A stretch of DNA of 64,000 nt from Desulfatiglandales bacterium (GTDB lineage: Bacteria > Desulfobacterota > DSM-4660 > Desulfatiglandales > HGW-15). The stretch covers positions 4,032,001 to 4,096,000 of the forward strand of contig CAXXJJ010000004.1 of assembly GCA_963667015.2 (NCBI GenBank). Reading direction: 5' to 3'. Shown here in pieces: positions 1 through 10,073 of the stretch (the stretch's first letter is position 1; each line of letters begins with the position of its first letter). The translations under genes were made by a program, and so were the position numbers. The notes beneath the pieces were generated by a model. It saw only the letters and a list, made by a program, of their open reading frames with translations, was not told the origin of the DNA and searched no databases.

Positions 1-243
1 GGTGTATATACAGTATTCGGTGTCACCATGCCCGTAGGGGGCGCACCTGTTTTTGAGAATTATCTTTATAATGAGTTTGAAGATATTTATGGCGGTATGT
101 GGGATCTGGAAGTTGACCCGTATGAACATGCAAAGAAGATGATCGCACATATAGACAAAAAGAGAAAGGCCCTTGGTATCGACAAGGCTCGTGACAGGGT
201 TCTCATGGATATGGCCGACCGGCAGAAGCTGGAAGCGGCATAA
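1..243 (+). CDS. cooS: Anaerobic carbon monoxide dehydrogenase catalytic subunit, 3' end only (partial)
   Basis: Frame is open from base 1 (GVYTVFGVTMP...IAHIDKKRKALGI), typical CooS/AcsA C-terminus; directly upstream of acsB. Confidence 0.85.
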   Translation, partial: GVYTVFGVTMPVGGAPVFENYLYNEFEDIYGGMWDLEVDPYEHAKKMIAHIDKKRKALGIDKARDRVLMDMADRQKLEAA

Positions 244-331
244 TTATAAAAAAGTGGATTCAGCAGCAAACAATTTAAGACTGCTGAATCTGAAAATATA
301 ATAACCTCTTAAGAAGGGAGGAATAAAAGAA

Positions 332-2545
332 ATGTCAAAATTAGTTGCTTTTGCAGCCATTCAGGGAGCGTATAATATAGTTTCAAAGGTAGAAGGTGCA
401 TATAAAAGAGCTCTTGAAACCTATGGTGGAAGCCAGAAACTGGAATTTCCCAACACGGCTTATTTTTTACCAATTATTTATTCACTCACAGGAATAAAGG
501 TTACAGACCTTGACTCAGCAAAAAAACCTCTTGATTTTGCACGCAGTCTCCTGCCGCCTCATGTTAAAAAGGATTGTCATGTTCCATATCTTGGTCCTTT
601 GCTTGATGCCGGCATGGCAGCGCTCTTTGCAGAAGAGATAGTTGAGGCAATCCGTTATGTTGAGGATCCTGGTTTTTATCAGCCGGAAGTTGAAGATCCG
701 GATATTGAAAACGGGAAAATATGGCTTGGCGCCGCTGATGACGCAATCATGAGAAAAAGGGGTGTTGAGTTTGTTGATGGTACCGCACCCGGTTTTGCCG
801 CTATTGTTGGTGCTGCTCCTGATTCTGCAACAGCCAAAAAGATGGCTGAAGAATATCAGCTGAAAACAATATACGTATTTATGGCAGCTAATCAGAACGG
901 AACAACCTTCGCTGAACAGCTCATTAAGGAAAATGTCCAGATAGGCTGGAATACCCGTCTTGTTCCATTTGGTCCGGATATCTCAGCAGCGGTTTTTGCC
1001 CTTGGCTTTGCAAACAGAGCAGGAATGGCCTTTGGCGGTATTGAGCCGGGTGATTATAAGAACATGCTTAAATATCAGAAAGATCGTGTATTTGCATTTG
1101 TCAACGCACTCGGTGATGTTAATGCCGAATGGGCAGCCAATGCAGCCGGTGCAGTAAACTGGGGATTCCCGACAATAGCAGATACGGATATTCCCGAAAT
1201 ACTGCCCACAGGTGTTTGTACCTATGAGCATGTTGTTGCCAATGTAAAACATGATGATATGCCTTCCAAGTCCATTGAAATCAGAGGTCTTAAGGTAACT
1301 ATTACCGAAATAGACATACCTGTAGCATATGGTCCGGCATTTGAGGGTGAACGTGTTCGTAAGGACGACCTTTACCTTGAAATGGGCGGCGGAAAGACCC
1401 AGGCTACCGAGCTTGTAAAGATGGCCGAGATGAACGAGATTGAAGATGGAAAAGTTGAACTCGTTGGCCCCGATGTAGGAGATACGAAAAAGGGAGACCG
1501 TCTGCCACTGGGTATTTATGTACAGGTTGCAGGAAGAAAAATGCAGCCGGATTTTGAGCCTATCCTTGAAAGGCAGATACATCACCTTATAAACTATGCC
1601 CAGGGTATAATGCACATAGGGCAGAGAGACATTGCATGGGTAAGGGTAGGTTCTGCAGTTGAAAAGGGATTTACAATAAAAGATTTAGGCAAAATCCTTC
1701 ATGCAAAATTCCACCAGGATTTCGGTAATGTCCTTGATAAGGTACAGGTAACTCTTTATACCAATAAAGAAGATGTTGATAAACTTACAGAAAGGGCAAG
1801 GGCAGAATATAAGCTCAGGGATGACAGGGTCGAAAAAATGACCGATGAAAGCGTTGAGACATATTATTCATGTACTCTCTGTCAGTCATTTGCACCGAGC
1901 CATGTGTGTGTTGTAAGCCCCGAAAGAACAGGGTTATGCGGCGCATATAACTGGATGGACTGCAAGGCATCTTTTGAGATCAATCCCACAGGGCCTAACC
2001 AGCCGGTTGAAAAGGGTGAGGTTATTGATCCTAAACTTGGTCAATGGAAGGGTGTCAATGACTTCGTATACAAGGCATCACGCCAGACGATTGATCACTA
2101 CAACTTCTATAGCATAGTACATGATCCCATGACCACATGCGGCTGCTGTGAATGTATTGCAGCTGTTCTTCCTTCCTGTAACGGAATAATGACCGTACAC
2201 AGGGACTATACAGGTGAGACTCCTTCCGGTATGAAATTCACAACCCTTGCAGGCGTTATGGGCGGTGGACAGTCATCACCGGGTTTTGTTGGCCATTCTA
2301 AATACAATATTTGCCAGGGCAAATTCTGTGTAGGTGATGGCGGGCTCCTGAGAATGGTCTGGATGCCAAAGTCACTGAAGGAAGAATTAAAGGAAAGGCT
2401 TATTAAGCGTGGTACAGAGATGGGTTGCCCTGACCTTATTGACAGAATCGCGGATGAAACCATAGGAATCACAGAAGAGGAAGTAATGGCGCACCTAAAA
2501 GAAAAGGATCATCCGGCGCTTAAAATGGATCCTATCGTAGGGTAG
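332..2545 (+). CDS. acsB: Acetyl-CoA synthase (CODH/ACS complex subunit)
   Basis: 737 aa; FPNTAYFLP N-terminus, A-cluster motifs SCTLCQSFAP, GLCGA, PMTTCGCCEC; strong SD GGGAGG. Confidence 0.97.
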   Translation: MSKLVAFAAIQGAYNIVSKVEGAYKRALETYGGSQKLEFPNTAYFLPIIYSLTGIKVTDLDSAKKPLDFARSLLPPHVKKDCHVPYLGPLLDAGMAALFAEEIVEAIRYVEDPGFYQPEVEDPDIENGKIWLGAADDAIMRKRGVEFVDGTAPGFAAIVGAAPDSATAKKMAEEYQLKTIYVFMAANQNGTTFAEQLIKENVQIGWNTRLVPFGPDISAAVFALGFANRAGMAFGGIEPGDYKNMLKYQKDRVFAFVNALGDVNAEWAANAAGAVNWGFPTIADTDIPEILPTGVCTYEHVVANVKHDDMPSKSIEIRGLKVTITEIDIPVAYGPAFEGERVRKDDLYLEMGGGKTQATELVKMAEMNEIEDGKVELVGPDVGDTKKGDRLPLGIYVQVAGRKMQPDFEPILERQIHHLINYAQGIMHIGQRDIAWVRVGSAVEKGFTIKDLGKILHAKFHQDFGNVLDKVQVTLYTNKEDVDKLTERARAEYKLRDDRVEKMTDESVETYYSCTLCQSFAPSHVCVVSPERTGLCGAYNWMDCKASFEINPTGPNQPVEKGEVIDPKLGQWKGVNDFVYKASRQTIDHYNFYSIVHDPMTTCGCCECIAAVLPSCNGIMTVHRDYTGETPSGMKFTTLAGVMGGGQSSPGFVGHSKYNICQGKFCVGDGGLLRMVWMPKSLKEELKERLIKRGTEMGCPDLIDRIADETIGITEEEVMAHLKEKDHPALKMDPIVG

Positions 2546-2566
2546 ACGTCACAGGACTCTGGTTTA

Positions 2567-2617
2567 CTGATGCTGTGAAAATAGCGTTATTGCGCAATAA
2601 CCATTTTCCGGCATCAG
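2567..2617 (+). other. Intercistronic stem-loop between acsB and acsC
   Basis: CTGATGC...GCATCAG outer stem enclosing the perfect palindrome GTTATTGCGCAATAAC (2586-2601). Confidence 0.5.
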
Positions 2618-2716
2618 GTTTTAATCAGGGCTAAACTTATAAAGAAAATGGATGTATTTGCTGAAAGATGATCCTGCTAAAAGCGGGACTGAAAGCTAAA
2701 TTACAAGGAGCATATT

Positions 2717-4063
2717 ATGGGATTAACCGGAATTCAGATTTTTAAACTATTACCAAAGACAAACTGCGGAGAGTGTGGTGTTCCAACCTGTCTTGCCTTT
2801 GCTATGAACCTGGCAGCCAGTAAGGCTGAACTTGACTCATGTCCCTATGTCTCGGACGAGGCAAAAGAGCAACTGGCCGAGGCCTCTGCTCCTCCTATAA
2901 GACCGGTTTCAATAGGTGCGGGGACAAGGGCTTTTAAAGTCGGTGGTGAAACCGTTATGTTCAGGCATGAAAAGACTTTTTACAATCCTACCGGACTTGC
3001 AGCGGTTATAAACTCCGACATTGATGCCGGAGACCTTGATAAGAATATCAAAGAGTGGAACGCTCTTCAATATGAGAGAGTTGGCTTAAACCTGCGGCCC
3101 GAACTTGTTGCTCTCAAGGATGTAAGCGGTGATGCAGGAGCATTTGCTGCCGCAGCAAAGAAGATAGCAGCAGAAAGTGAATTCAACCTGATATTAATGA
3201 CAGAAAAAGTGGATGTAATGAAGGCTGCAGTTGATGTCTGTGCCTTTAAAAAACCACTTTTATATGCTGCAACCGCAGATAATATCGACGACATGGGTAA
3301 TCTGGCTAAAGAGAGCGGATTACCGGTGGCCATTAAGGCCGGCAGTGTTGAAGAACTGATAGGCATGAGTGATAAGCTTACCGGAATGGGAATCAAGGAT
3401 ATAGTACTTGATTCAGGCGCAAGGGAAATGAAACAGGCCTTTGAGGATCAGATCGCTATAAGAAGAGCTGCTCTCAAGACAGGAAACAGGTCCCTGGGAT
3501 TCCCAACGATCACGTTCCCATGCGAAATGGCCGATAATCTTGATATTGAAACGATGATCGCCGCGATGTTTATCGCCAAGTATGGCGGAATAGTAGTCCT
3601 CTCGGATTTCAAGGGAGAAAGCCTGTTCCCGCTACTTCTTGAAAGACTTAATATCTTTACTGATCCCCAGAGGCCCATGACCGTAACCCAGGGGATCTAT
3701 GAAATAGGCACTCCGGATGAAAACTCTCCTGTTTTTGTAACCACCAACTTCTCGCTTACATATTTTATAGTAAGCGGTGAAATTGAAGGTAGCAGGGTTC
3801 CAAGCTGGCTGCTTATTATGGACACAGAGGGCCTGTCTGTTATGACAGCATGGGCAGCAGGCAAATTTGCCGGTGATGCCGTTGGTTCATTTGTTAAAAA
3901 ATGTGGTATTGCAGATAAAGTAAAGCATAAAAAGATAATAATTCCGGGTTATTCCGCATCAATAAGTGGTGAAATGGAAGAAGAGCTTCCTGACTGGGAG
4001 ATCATGATAGGACCAAGGGATGCGGCATTGATACCAAAGTTTTTAAAGGATAATTGGAAATAA
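2717..4063 (+). CDS. acsC: Corrinoid iron-sulfur protein large subunit (gamma)
   Basis: N-terminal LPKTNCGECGVPTCLAFA 4Fe-4S motif; TTNFSLTY and SVMTAWAAGKF motifs. Confidence 0.96.
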   Translation: MGLTGIQIFKLLPKTNCGECGVPTCLAFAMNLAASKAELDSCPYVSDEAKEQLAEASAPPIRPVSIGAGTRAFKVGGETVMFRHEKTFYNPTGLAAVINSDIDAGDLDKNIKEWNALQYERVGLNLRPELVALKDVSGDAGAFAAAAKKIAAESEFNLILMTEKVDVMKAAVDVCAFKKPLLYAATADNIDDMGNLAKESGLPVAIKAGSVEELIGMSDKLTGMGIKDIVLDSGAREMKQAFEDQIAIRRAALKTGNRSLGFPTITFPCEMADNLDIETMIAAMFIAKYGGIVVLSDFKGESLFPLLLERLNIFTDPQRPMTVTQGIYEIGTPDENSPVFVTTNFSLTYFIVSGEIEGSRVPSWLLIMDTEGLSVMTAWAAGKFAGDAVGSFVKKCGIADKVKHKKIIIPGYSASISGEMEEELPDWEIMIGPRDAALIPKFLKDNWK

Positions 4064-4083
4064 AATTTAAGGGGGAAAGGCCC

Positions 4084-4968
4084 ATGTTATTAATTGGAGA
4101 AAATTTAAATGTTATTAACCGGGAGATAGGAAAGGCTTTTAAGGAAAAAGATCCAGGCCCTATTGCCGCAGAAGCAAAAAGACAAATGGAAAAGAGTATG
4201 GACTGGATAGATATCAACCTTGGCCCTGCTAAAAAAGGCGGTCCTGAATTGATGGAGTTTGTTGTAAAAACAGTTCAGGAAGAGATAGGCGATGCCATTC
4301 CTCTTTGTCTTGATACATCAAACATTGAGGCAATGGAGGCTGGTCTTGCGGTACATAAGGGAAAGGCAATAATTAACTCCATTATGTGTCGACCGGAGCG
4401 CTACGAAAAGATGATACCTCTCGCAGTAAAGTATCAGGCAAATATGATTGCCCTGATGTGGGGCCCAGATGGTCTGCCAAGGGATGAAAATGAGAGAGGC
4501 GCTCTTGCTGCGGAGCTTCTCTATACAGCAAATGAAGCAGGAATTCCAAACGAAGATATATTTGTTGACGGTATAGTAACACCTGTTAACATTCAGCAGC
4601 CGCAGCTTATGAGTCTTTTAGCGTTCCAGGAAATGCTGCAGGACATGTTCCCCGGGGTAAAATCAACATGTGGTCTTTCAAATATCTCAAACGGTCCGCC
4701 CGAACATCTGAGATCCATACTGAATACAACCTATATGGTTATGCTTGAAAGAAAAGGCATGTATTCATGTATTGCAGACGCCTATGACGATGCATTAATC
4801 GCAGTTGCAAGAGGAGAACGGGCTGACATCGTAGAGCTGATCCATAAGATCATGGATAATGAAGATCCTGACATAGATTCACTTTCAAAGGAATTACAGG
4901 GCTATGCTAAAACAGCAAGGATTATTCTTGGACATTCTCTTTATTCAGACTCCTGGCTGGAGCTGTAA
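4084..4968 (+). CDS. acsE: Methyltetrahydrofolate:corrinoid/iron-sulfur protein methyltransferase
   Basis: Pterin-binding barrel motifs IGENLN, DINLG, LCLDTSN, IINS, GLSNISNG; start moved to ATG 4084 behind a purine-rich SD. Confidence 0.9.
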   Translation: MLLIGENLNVINREIGKAFKEKDPGPIAAEAKRQMEKSMDWIDINLGPAKKGGPELMEFVVKTVQEEIGDAIPLCLDTSNIEAMEAGLAVHKGKAIINSIMCRPERYEKMIPLAVKYQANMIALMWGPDGLPRDENERGALAAELLYTANEAGIPNEDIFVDGIVTPVNIQQPQLMSLLAFQEMLQDMFPGVKSTCGLSNISNGPPEHLRSILNTTYMVMLERKGMYSCIADAYDDALIAVARGERADIVELIHKIMDNEDPDIDSLSKELQGYAKTARIILGHSLYSDSWLEL

Positions 4969-5077
4969 TTGAATTAGACCTGTTATTCTGCAGGGGTTAT
5001 TTTATTTGTAATATATGAGGAGCCCGAAATATTTTTCGCGGTTCCTCATTTTTATTTTTATGTAAAGGAGTAAAGAC

Positions 5078-5896
5078 GTGTCGCAAAGTATAACAACACC
5101 CGGAGACCTTGAGAGATCCCAGCAGGATTTATCAATTAAAAGAAATCTAAAAAAAATAAAAAGAAAAATAATTGTTATGAGCGGAAAAGGCGGGGTCGGT
5201 AAGAGTACGGTCTCTGCAATGCTGGCCCTTTTTTTGAGCGGCAAGGGGAATAAGGTTGGGCTCATGGATGTTGACCTGCACGGGCCAAGTATCCCCAACA
5301 TGCTGAAGATAAAAAGCGGAATTAACATAACAGGACCGAATCAGCTGACACCCTTTGAATATTCCGAAAATCTCGGTATTATCTCCATGGGTATGCTGAT
5401 GGAGGATCAGGATACTGCAGTAATATGGCGCGGACCACTAAAAATAAGTGCCATACGGCAGTTTATTTCCGATGTTACATGGGGAGACCTTGACTATCTT
5501 ATAGTTGACTCTCCTCCGGGTACAGGTGACGAACCACTTACGGTTGCGCAGACCATACCTGATGCGGAAGCCCTTATTGTTACAACACCGCAGGAGATAA
5601 GCCTGGCAGATGTAAGAAAATCCATAACATTCTGCCGTCAGGTTGATATGGATATTTTAGGAGTTGTTGAAAATATGAGCGGTCTTATCTGCCCCCATTG
5701 CAGTGAGAAGATAAATATTTTTGGTGAAGGCGGGGCAAAAAGGATGTCTGAAACCATGAAGGTACCAATGCTTGGTGAAATACCGATCGATCCGGAAGTG
5801 GTTAAACTTGCTGATGAAAAAAATCTCGGGGCTATACTCGAAATGAGTGACTCGGAAATAATTAAGGCCTATGAGGAATTAATAACTAAGATTTAG
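5078..5896 (+). CDS. apbC: Mrp/NBP35 (ApbC) Fe-S cluster carrier ATPase
   Basis: SGKGGVGKST, DVDLHGPSIP, VIWRGP, DSPPGTGDE, ENMSGLICPHC. Confidence 0.92.
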   Translation: MSQSITTPGDLERSQQDLSIKRNLKKIKRKIIVMSGKGGVGKSTVSAMLALFLSGKGNKVGLMDVDLHGPSIPNMLKIKSGINITGPNQLTPFEYSENLGIISMGMLMEDQDTAVIWRGPLKISAIRQFISDVTWGDLDYLIVDSPPGTGDEPLTVAQTIPDAEALIVTTPQEISLADVRKSITFCRQVDMDILGVVENMSGLICPHCSEKINIFGEGGAKRMSETMKVPMLGEIPIDPEVVKLADEKNLGAILEMSDSEIIKAYEELITKI

Positions 5897-5941
5897 AGAG
5901 TATTATTTTTTAAGATAAAATTTTCAGAATAACCATACTGT

Positions 5942-6014
5942 AAAAGGGCATAGTTATATTAGAATTTAAGTTCAATAAAATTCTAATAAATGAAAAATAC
6001 TATGCCCTTTTTTT
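5942..6014 (+). terminator. Long terminator-like hairpin ending the acs/mrp region
   Basis: AAAAGGGCATAGT...ACTATGCCCTTTTTTT with inner ATTAGAATTT/AAATTCTAAT arms. Confidence 0.65.
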
Positions 6015-6067
6015 ATTCGGTTGAAAGTTGAGCGTTGGATGTTGGTCGTTTATATTTAAGCTTTTAC

Positions 6068-6175
6068 TCCTCTTTTCTATTTCCTGATTCCTGTCTTCAG
6101 TAACCACTGCCCTCTGAGCTCCGGCATTTAATAGCTTTTCCTAACAGCCTAAAGTCTAAACTGCTTTAGCCTGTT
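6068..6175 (+). repeat. ~108-bp direct repeat, copy 1 (upstream of the AAA ATPase gene)
   Basis: TCCTCTTTTCTAT...CTGATTCCTGTCTTCAG..ACCACTGCCCTCTGAGC..GGCATTTAATAGCTTTTCCTAACAGC recurs at 7602-7709. Confidence 0.9.
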
Positions 6176-6206
6176 ATCACTATTGACTGATCAGTGAAAA
6201 TAAAGC

Positions 6207-6240
6207 TTGCAAATTAGAAATAATATTCTAAAATACAAAT
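6207..6240 (+). promoter_or_regulatory. Putative sigma70 promoter, probably giving a leaderless transcript
   Basis: TTGCAA (6207)-16 bp-TAAAAT (6229), 6 nt before ATG 6241; no SD; imperfect inverted repeat TAGAA/TTCTA in the spacer. Confidence 0.45.
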
Positions 6241-7386
6241 ATGATAAGCCGAAAAATCAAAAATACAATACTGGCCAGACTGGGTAAATTCCCTGCCGTT
6301 GCTCTACTGGGACCAAGGCAGGCCGGAAAAACAACCCTGGCCAGGACATTTTCCTCGCTGTATTATGATCTTGAAATAGAGCAGGACAGGCTTCGGCTCG
6401 ATATTCAATGGGAAGAGATAATCAGTGAAAACAGGGTCATAATCCTGGATGAAGCACAGAACTATCCTGATATATTCCCGAGAATAAGAAACGCCATTGA
6501 TAATAACAGGAAAAAAAATGGCCGTTTTATGATACTGGGTTCTGTTTCACCCGGTTTAATGCTGCAGGTTTCAGAATTTCTTACAGGACGAATTGCGCTG
6601 TGCGAGATTTCACCTCTTGCCATAGGAGAGATAAATAAAAAAGAGATAGACAGACTGTGGCTCAAGGGAGGTTTTCCTGACGGAGGGATTTTAGATGATG
6701 AACAGTTTCCCGTCTGGCAGCAAAATTATCTTGATCTCCTGGCCATGAGGGATCTTCCCTACTGGGGTTTATCTGCCAGGCCTCAGGTGATACAAAAATT
6801 TTTTAAAATGATTGCAGCAGTTCACGGCGGTTTATGGAATGCCAGCCAGATAGGAAAGAGTATGGGATTATCGTATCATACAGTGAACTCATATCTCGAT
6901 TATCTGGATCAGGTATATATCATCAGAAAACTTAATCCTTATTTCTCCAACCTTAAAAAACGCCTTGTAAAAAGTCATAAAATCTACTGGAGGGACAGCG
7001 GCCTGCTGCACAGCCTGCTGAATATAAATAATTTTGATGAGTTGCTCAACCAACCATGGGTTGGAGCAAGCTGGGAAAGTTTTGTGATTGAGCAGATATT
7101 AAACTCCCTCGACTCACAGGGCAGGCAATACGAGGCCTGTTTTTTAAGGACAAGTGACGGTTATGAGCTTGACCTGGTCCTTATACTTGATAATAAAAAA
7201 TGGGCCTTTGAAATTAAGCTGACAGGTGTTCCCGGGAATGAAGACATGAGAAGGTTAATCAAAACATCAGAAATGATCAAAGCTGATAATAGTGTGCTTA
7301 TAAGCAGGACAAAAAAAGAAATAAAAGGTAAAAACATTATCTCCACAAACCTTGATGGTGTCTTAAAGATATTGTCTGAATCTTGA
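6241..7386 (+). CDS. AAA_14 family ATPase with DUF4143 / PD-(D/E)xK-like C-terminus
   Basis: GPRQAGKTT Walker A, ILDEAQ Walker B, GGFP, KIYWRDSGLL, ELDLV...AFEIK. Confidence 0.88.
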   Translation: MISRKIKNTILARLGKFPAVALLGPRQAGKTTLARTFSSLYYDLEIEQDRLRLDIQWEEIISENRVIILDEAQNYPDIFPRIRNAIDNNRKKNGRFMILGSVSPGLMLQVSEFLTGRIALCEISPLAIGEINKKEIDRLWLKGGFPDGGILDDEQFPVWQQNYLDLLAMRDLPYWGLSARPQVIQKFFKMIAAVHGGLWNASQIGKSMGLSYHTVNSYLDYLDQVYIIRKLNPYFSNLKKRLVKSHKIYWRDSGLLHSLLNINNFDELLNQPWVGASWESFVIEQILNSLDSQGRQYEACFLRTSDGYELDLVLILDNKKWAFEIKLTGVPGNEDMRRLIKTSEMIKADNSVLISRTKKEIKGKNIISTNLDGVLKILSES

Positions 7387-7446
7387 ATTTGCTCATTGTA
7401 TTTAACCATAAAACAGGAACCCTGAACCATAAACCGTTTTAAATCC

Positions 7447-7796
7447 CTAACAGTCTTCCGCCTAAACCGCTTCAACCTGCTTTATTAATCTTGAATTTTT
7501 AGCCAGTGAAATTCATGGAAATGACAGCAAAGCGTATTTCACCGGACTTGAATATTGAACCTTGAATTGGTTTTCAGGCTTTTCCTTTCACTTCTCCTGT
7601 TTCCTCTTTTCTATATACTGATTCCTGTCTTCAGAGACCACTGCCCTCTGAGCCCTGGCATTTAATAGCTTTTCCTAACAGCTCTAAGCCTAAACCGCTT
7701 CAGTCTGTTTTTCACCCCGACTTCTGTCTTCCCTAACAGCCTTCAGTCTAACCACCTACAGCCTGTTTTATTAACAGCCTACAGTCTATCAGTCTG
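7447..7796 (+). repeat. Cluster of REP-like ~33-bp units (consensus CTAACAGCCTWCAGTCTAA-N4/5-CTTCAGCCTG)
   Basis: Copies at 7447-7479, 7675-7707, 7733-7765 and a partial one at 7772-7796; same family at 6141, 18993, 23505, 26953 and inverted at 23453, 26893. Confidence 0.75.
7602..7709 (+). repeat. ~108-bp direct repeat, copy 2 (downstream of the AAA ATPase gene)
   Basis: Colinear match to 6068-6175. Confidence 0.9.
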
Positions 7797-8038
7797 TCTT
7801 TTTATTTGCCCAACCAGTAATTTTCTGCTACAAAAAATCATTCATAAATTAATCTAATCATTACTAATTTAGTGCAAAACAAATAGCAAGACTCAAGATA
7901 TATATTCTGTTCTCCATAAATTACTAACAGTGTTATTAAAAAGTAAAAATATCAAATGGGATAAGTAGAGGCTTAGGCGGTAACAGCAAACATTATCTCC
8001 TTACTTTGTATTTATATGACCCAAAGGAAAAAACACAT

Positions 8039-9184
8039 ATGAACTTCAAGGACTTCAAGGCCGGTCGCTGGGTACAGCAATATGAATACAAGAGCTTTTC
8101 ACCTGCAATTATTAATCAAAGCTGGACATGGGAAGATCCTCATATCAATACTCTCCTTGAACAGGCAACTCAGGCCCTTGGAGAATTGAATGCTTTTTCA
8201 CTGATTGTCCCTGATGTAGATCTTTTTATTGAGATGCATGTAGTTAAGGAGGCCAGTACCTCCAGCCGGATTGAAGGCACACTTACAGAAATTGATGAAG
8301 CCTTAAAACCTAAAGAGATGGTTAATCCTGAACGAAGAGATGATTGGCAGGAAGTTCAGAATTACATAAAAGCAATGAACCAGGCAATACAGGCATTGCA
8401 GAACTTACCCCTTTCAAACCGGCTTTTAAAAAACACTCATCAAACCCTCCTTGAAGGTGTTCGCGGGGAAGGAAAGTGTCCTGGAGCATTCAGGAAAAGC
8501 CAGAACTGGATCGGTGGAAGCGGACCATCTGATGCTGTTTATGTTCCCCCCTATCATACAGATGTTCCGGATCTGATGAGTGATCTTGAAAAATTTCTAC
8601 ATAATAACGACATTCAAATTCCACACCTTATCCGAATAGCCATTTCTCATTATCAGTTTGAAACCATCCATCCATTTCTGGATGGTAATGGACGCATAGG
8701 CAGGCTATTGATCACACTCTATCTGGTAAGTAAGGGATTGCTTAAAAAGCCTACTCTATATCTGTCAGAATATATAGAAAAACATAAGAACGCTTATTAT
8801 GACGCTCTAAGCAGGGTTCGTGAAACAAATGATCTGGGACAGTGGGTACGCTTTTTACTCACTGCCATGAGAGAGACCGCAGTGAAAGGGAAAGAGACAT
8901 TTGAGGCTATCCTGACGATCCGAAGCGAAGTGGAAAAAAGCATTATGACTTTGGGGAAGAAGTCTGAAAATGCAAGAATTTTACTTGATCATTTGTATCG
9001 AAAGCCTTTTATAACGCCTAATGAAGTTGCACAGATGCTTAAAATAACACATCAGTCTGCCAGTTCTCTTATTAAGGATTTTGAGAAACTGGATATCCTT
9101 AAAAAATGGGAAAAGATTGGCCGAAACCAAAGTTATGTTTTCGGTCGCTATCTCGTACTATTTTTAGAGAATATGAGAAAATGA
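8039..9184 (+). CDS. Fic family protein (N-terminal inhibitory motif, C-terminal HTH)
   Basis: Intact HPFLDGNGRIGR catalytic motif; SSRIEG inhibitory helix; start set at ATG 8039 after AAGGA. Confidence 0.92.
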   Translation: MNFKDFKAGRWVQQYEYKSFSPAIINQSWTWEDPHINTLLEQATQALGELNAFSLIVPDVDLFIEMHVVKEASTSSRIEGTLTEIDEALKPKEMVNPERRDDWQEVQNYIKAMNQAIQALQNLPLSNRLLKNTHQTLLEGVRGEGKCPGAFRKSQNWIGGSGPSDAVYVPPYHTDVPDLMSDLEKFLHNNDIQIPHLIRIAISHYQFETIHPFLDGNGRIGRLLITLYLVSKGLLKKPTLYLSEYIEKHKNAYYDALSRVRETNDLGQWVRFLLTAMRETAVKGKETFEAILTIRSEVEKSIMTLGKKSENARILLDHLYRKPFITPNEVAQMLKITHQSASSLIKDFEKLDILKKWEKIGRNQSYVFGRYLVLFLENMRK

Positions 9185-9191
9185 GTTTAAA

Positions 9192-9279
9192 TTTACATAT
9201 TAAGTGCTTCATGTAAAGTTGACAGCATTTTCTTTACATTTCAAGCTGTATATGTAAAAAACAAATGTTTACTTTACAT
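9192..9279. promoter_or_regulatory. Iterated operator-like palindromes TTTACAT-N12-ATGTAAA
   Basis: Full sites at 9192-9217 and 9233-9258, half site at 9273; period 41/40 bp. Confidence 0.55.
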
Positions 9280-9331
9280 ATCCTGAAAATATAGAAGAAA
9301 TTAAAATTATAGAAAAGTTTCCAGGTTACTA

Positions 9332-10054
9332 ATGGCTATAAATCAATCTAAATCACATTCAATACATAACTCAAAACATCAGGCTATAAAAAACTGGCCG
9401 GTAACTGAACGCCCCCGCGAAAAGCTTCTCAATTTAGGACCTGAGGCACTGTCAGATGGTGAGTTGCTAGCTGTATTGCTTCGAATTGGTAAAGCTGGCC
9501 AATCAGCCGAAGATTTAGCTCGTCAATTAATAACTCAATTTAATGGAATAAACGGTATTGATCGTGCCCATTTAGAGGAATTGCTAGCCGTCCAAGGGAT
9601 GGGAATAGCAAAAACAGCACAACTTAAAGCAGCTATTGAGATTGGTAAAAGAGCCCGTAGGCAAAAAGCACAACCCAAAGATTTCAGAAACGCAGAAGAA
9701 GTGGCTGAATATATCAGACCAAAATTCGAAGGTAAGCGGCAGGAGGTTTTTTTTCTAATTCTTCTTGATGGGCAAAACCATTTACTCGCTGAAAGAGATA
9801 TTGCCGAAGGTATCCCAACCCAGGCAACTGTGTATGTGCGTCGTGTAATGGAGGAAGCTTTGCGAGTATCAGCAAGCGCTTTTGTTATCGCCCATAACCA
9901 CCCTTCTGGGAATCCAAATCCTTCTGATTCAGATGATCAGACAACTCATGAATTGAAAAAAGCGTCCAATATCTTAAACATTATCTTTCAAGATCATATT
10001 ATTATCGGTAGAGATAATAAGTACTATAGTTATTCTGAAAACGGTAAAATCTAA
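9332..10054 (+). CDS. radC: RadC / JAB-domain protein
   Basis: ERPREKL...LSDGELLA N-terminus, HhH, JAB motif HNHPSG...DHIIIG. Confidence 0.93.
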   Translation: MAINQSKSHSIHNSKHQAIKNWPVTERPREKLLNLGPEALSDGELLAVLLRIGKAGQSAEDLARQLITQFNGINGIDRAHLEELLAVQGMGIAKTAQLKAAIEIGKRARRQKAQPKDFRNAEEVAEYIRPKFEGKRQEVFFLILLDGQNHLLAERDIAEGIPTQATVYVRRVMEEALRVSASAFVIAHNHPSGNPNPSDSDDQTTHELKKASNILNIIFQDHIIIGRDNKYYSYSENGKI

Positions 10055-10073
10055 TGTCAAATAGGAGTAATGC

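Noticed and set aside
983..1615. Long antisense or alternate-frame ORFs (for example 983-1615, 41046-41561, 43815-44321, 55635-56228)
   Set aside because: They overlap well-supported genes and show no recognisable motifs; treated as shadow ORFs.
6141..7796. Repeated ~33-bp units as a CRISPR array
   Set aside because: Units are degenerate, irregularly spaced, occur in both orientations elsewhere, and there are no cas genes.
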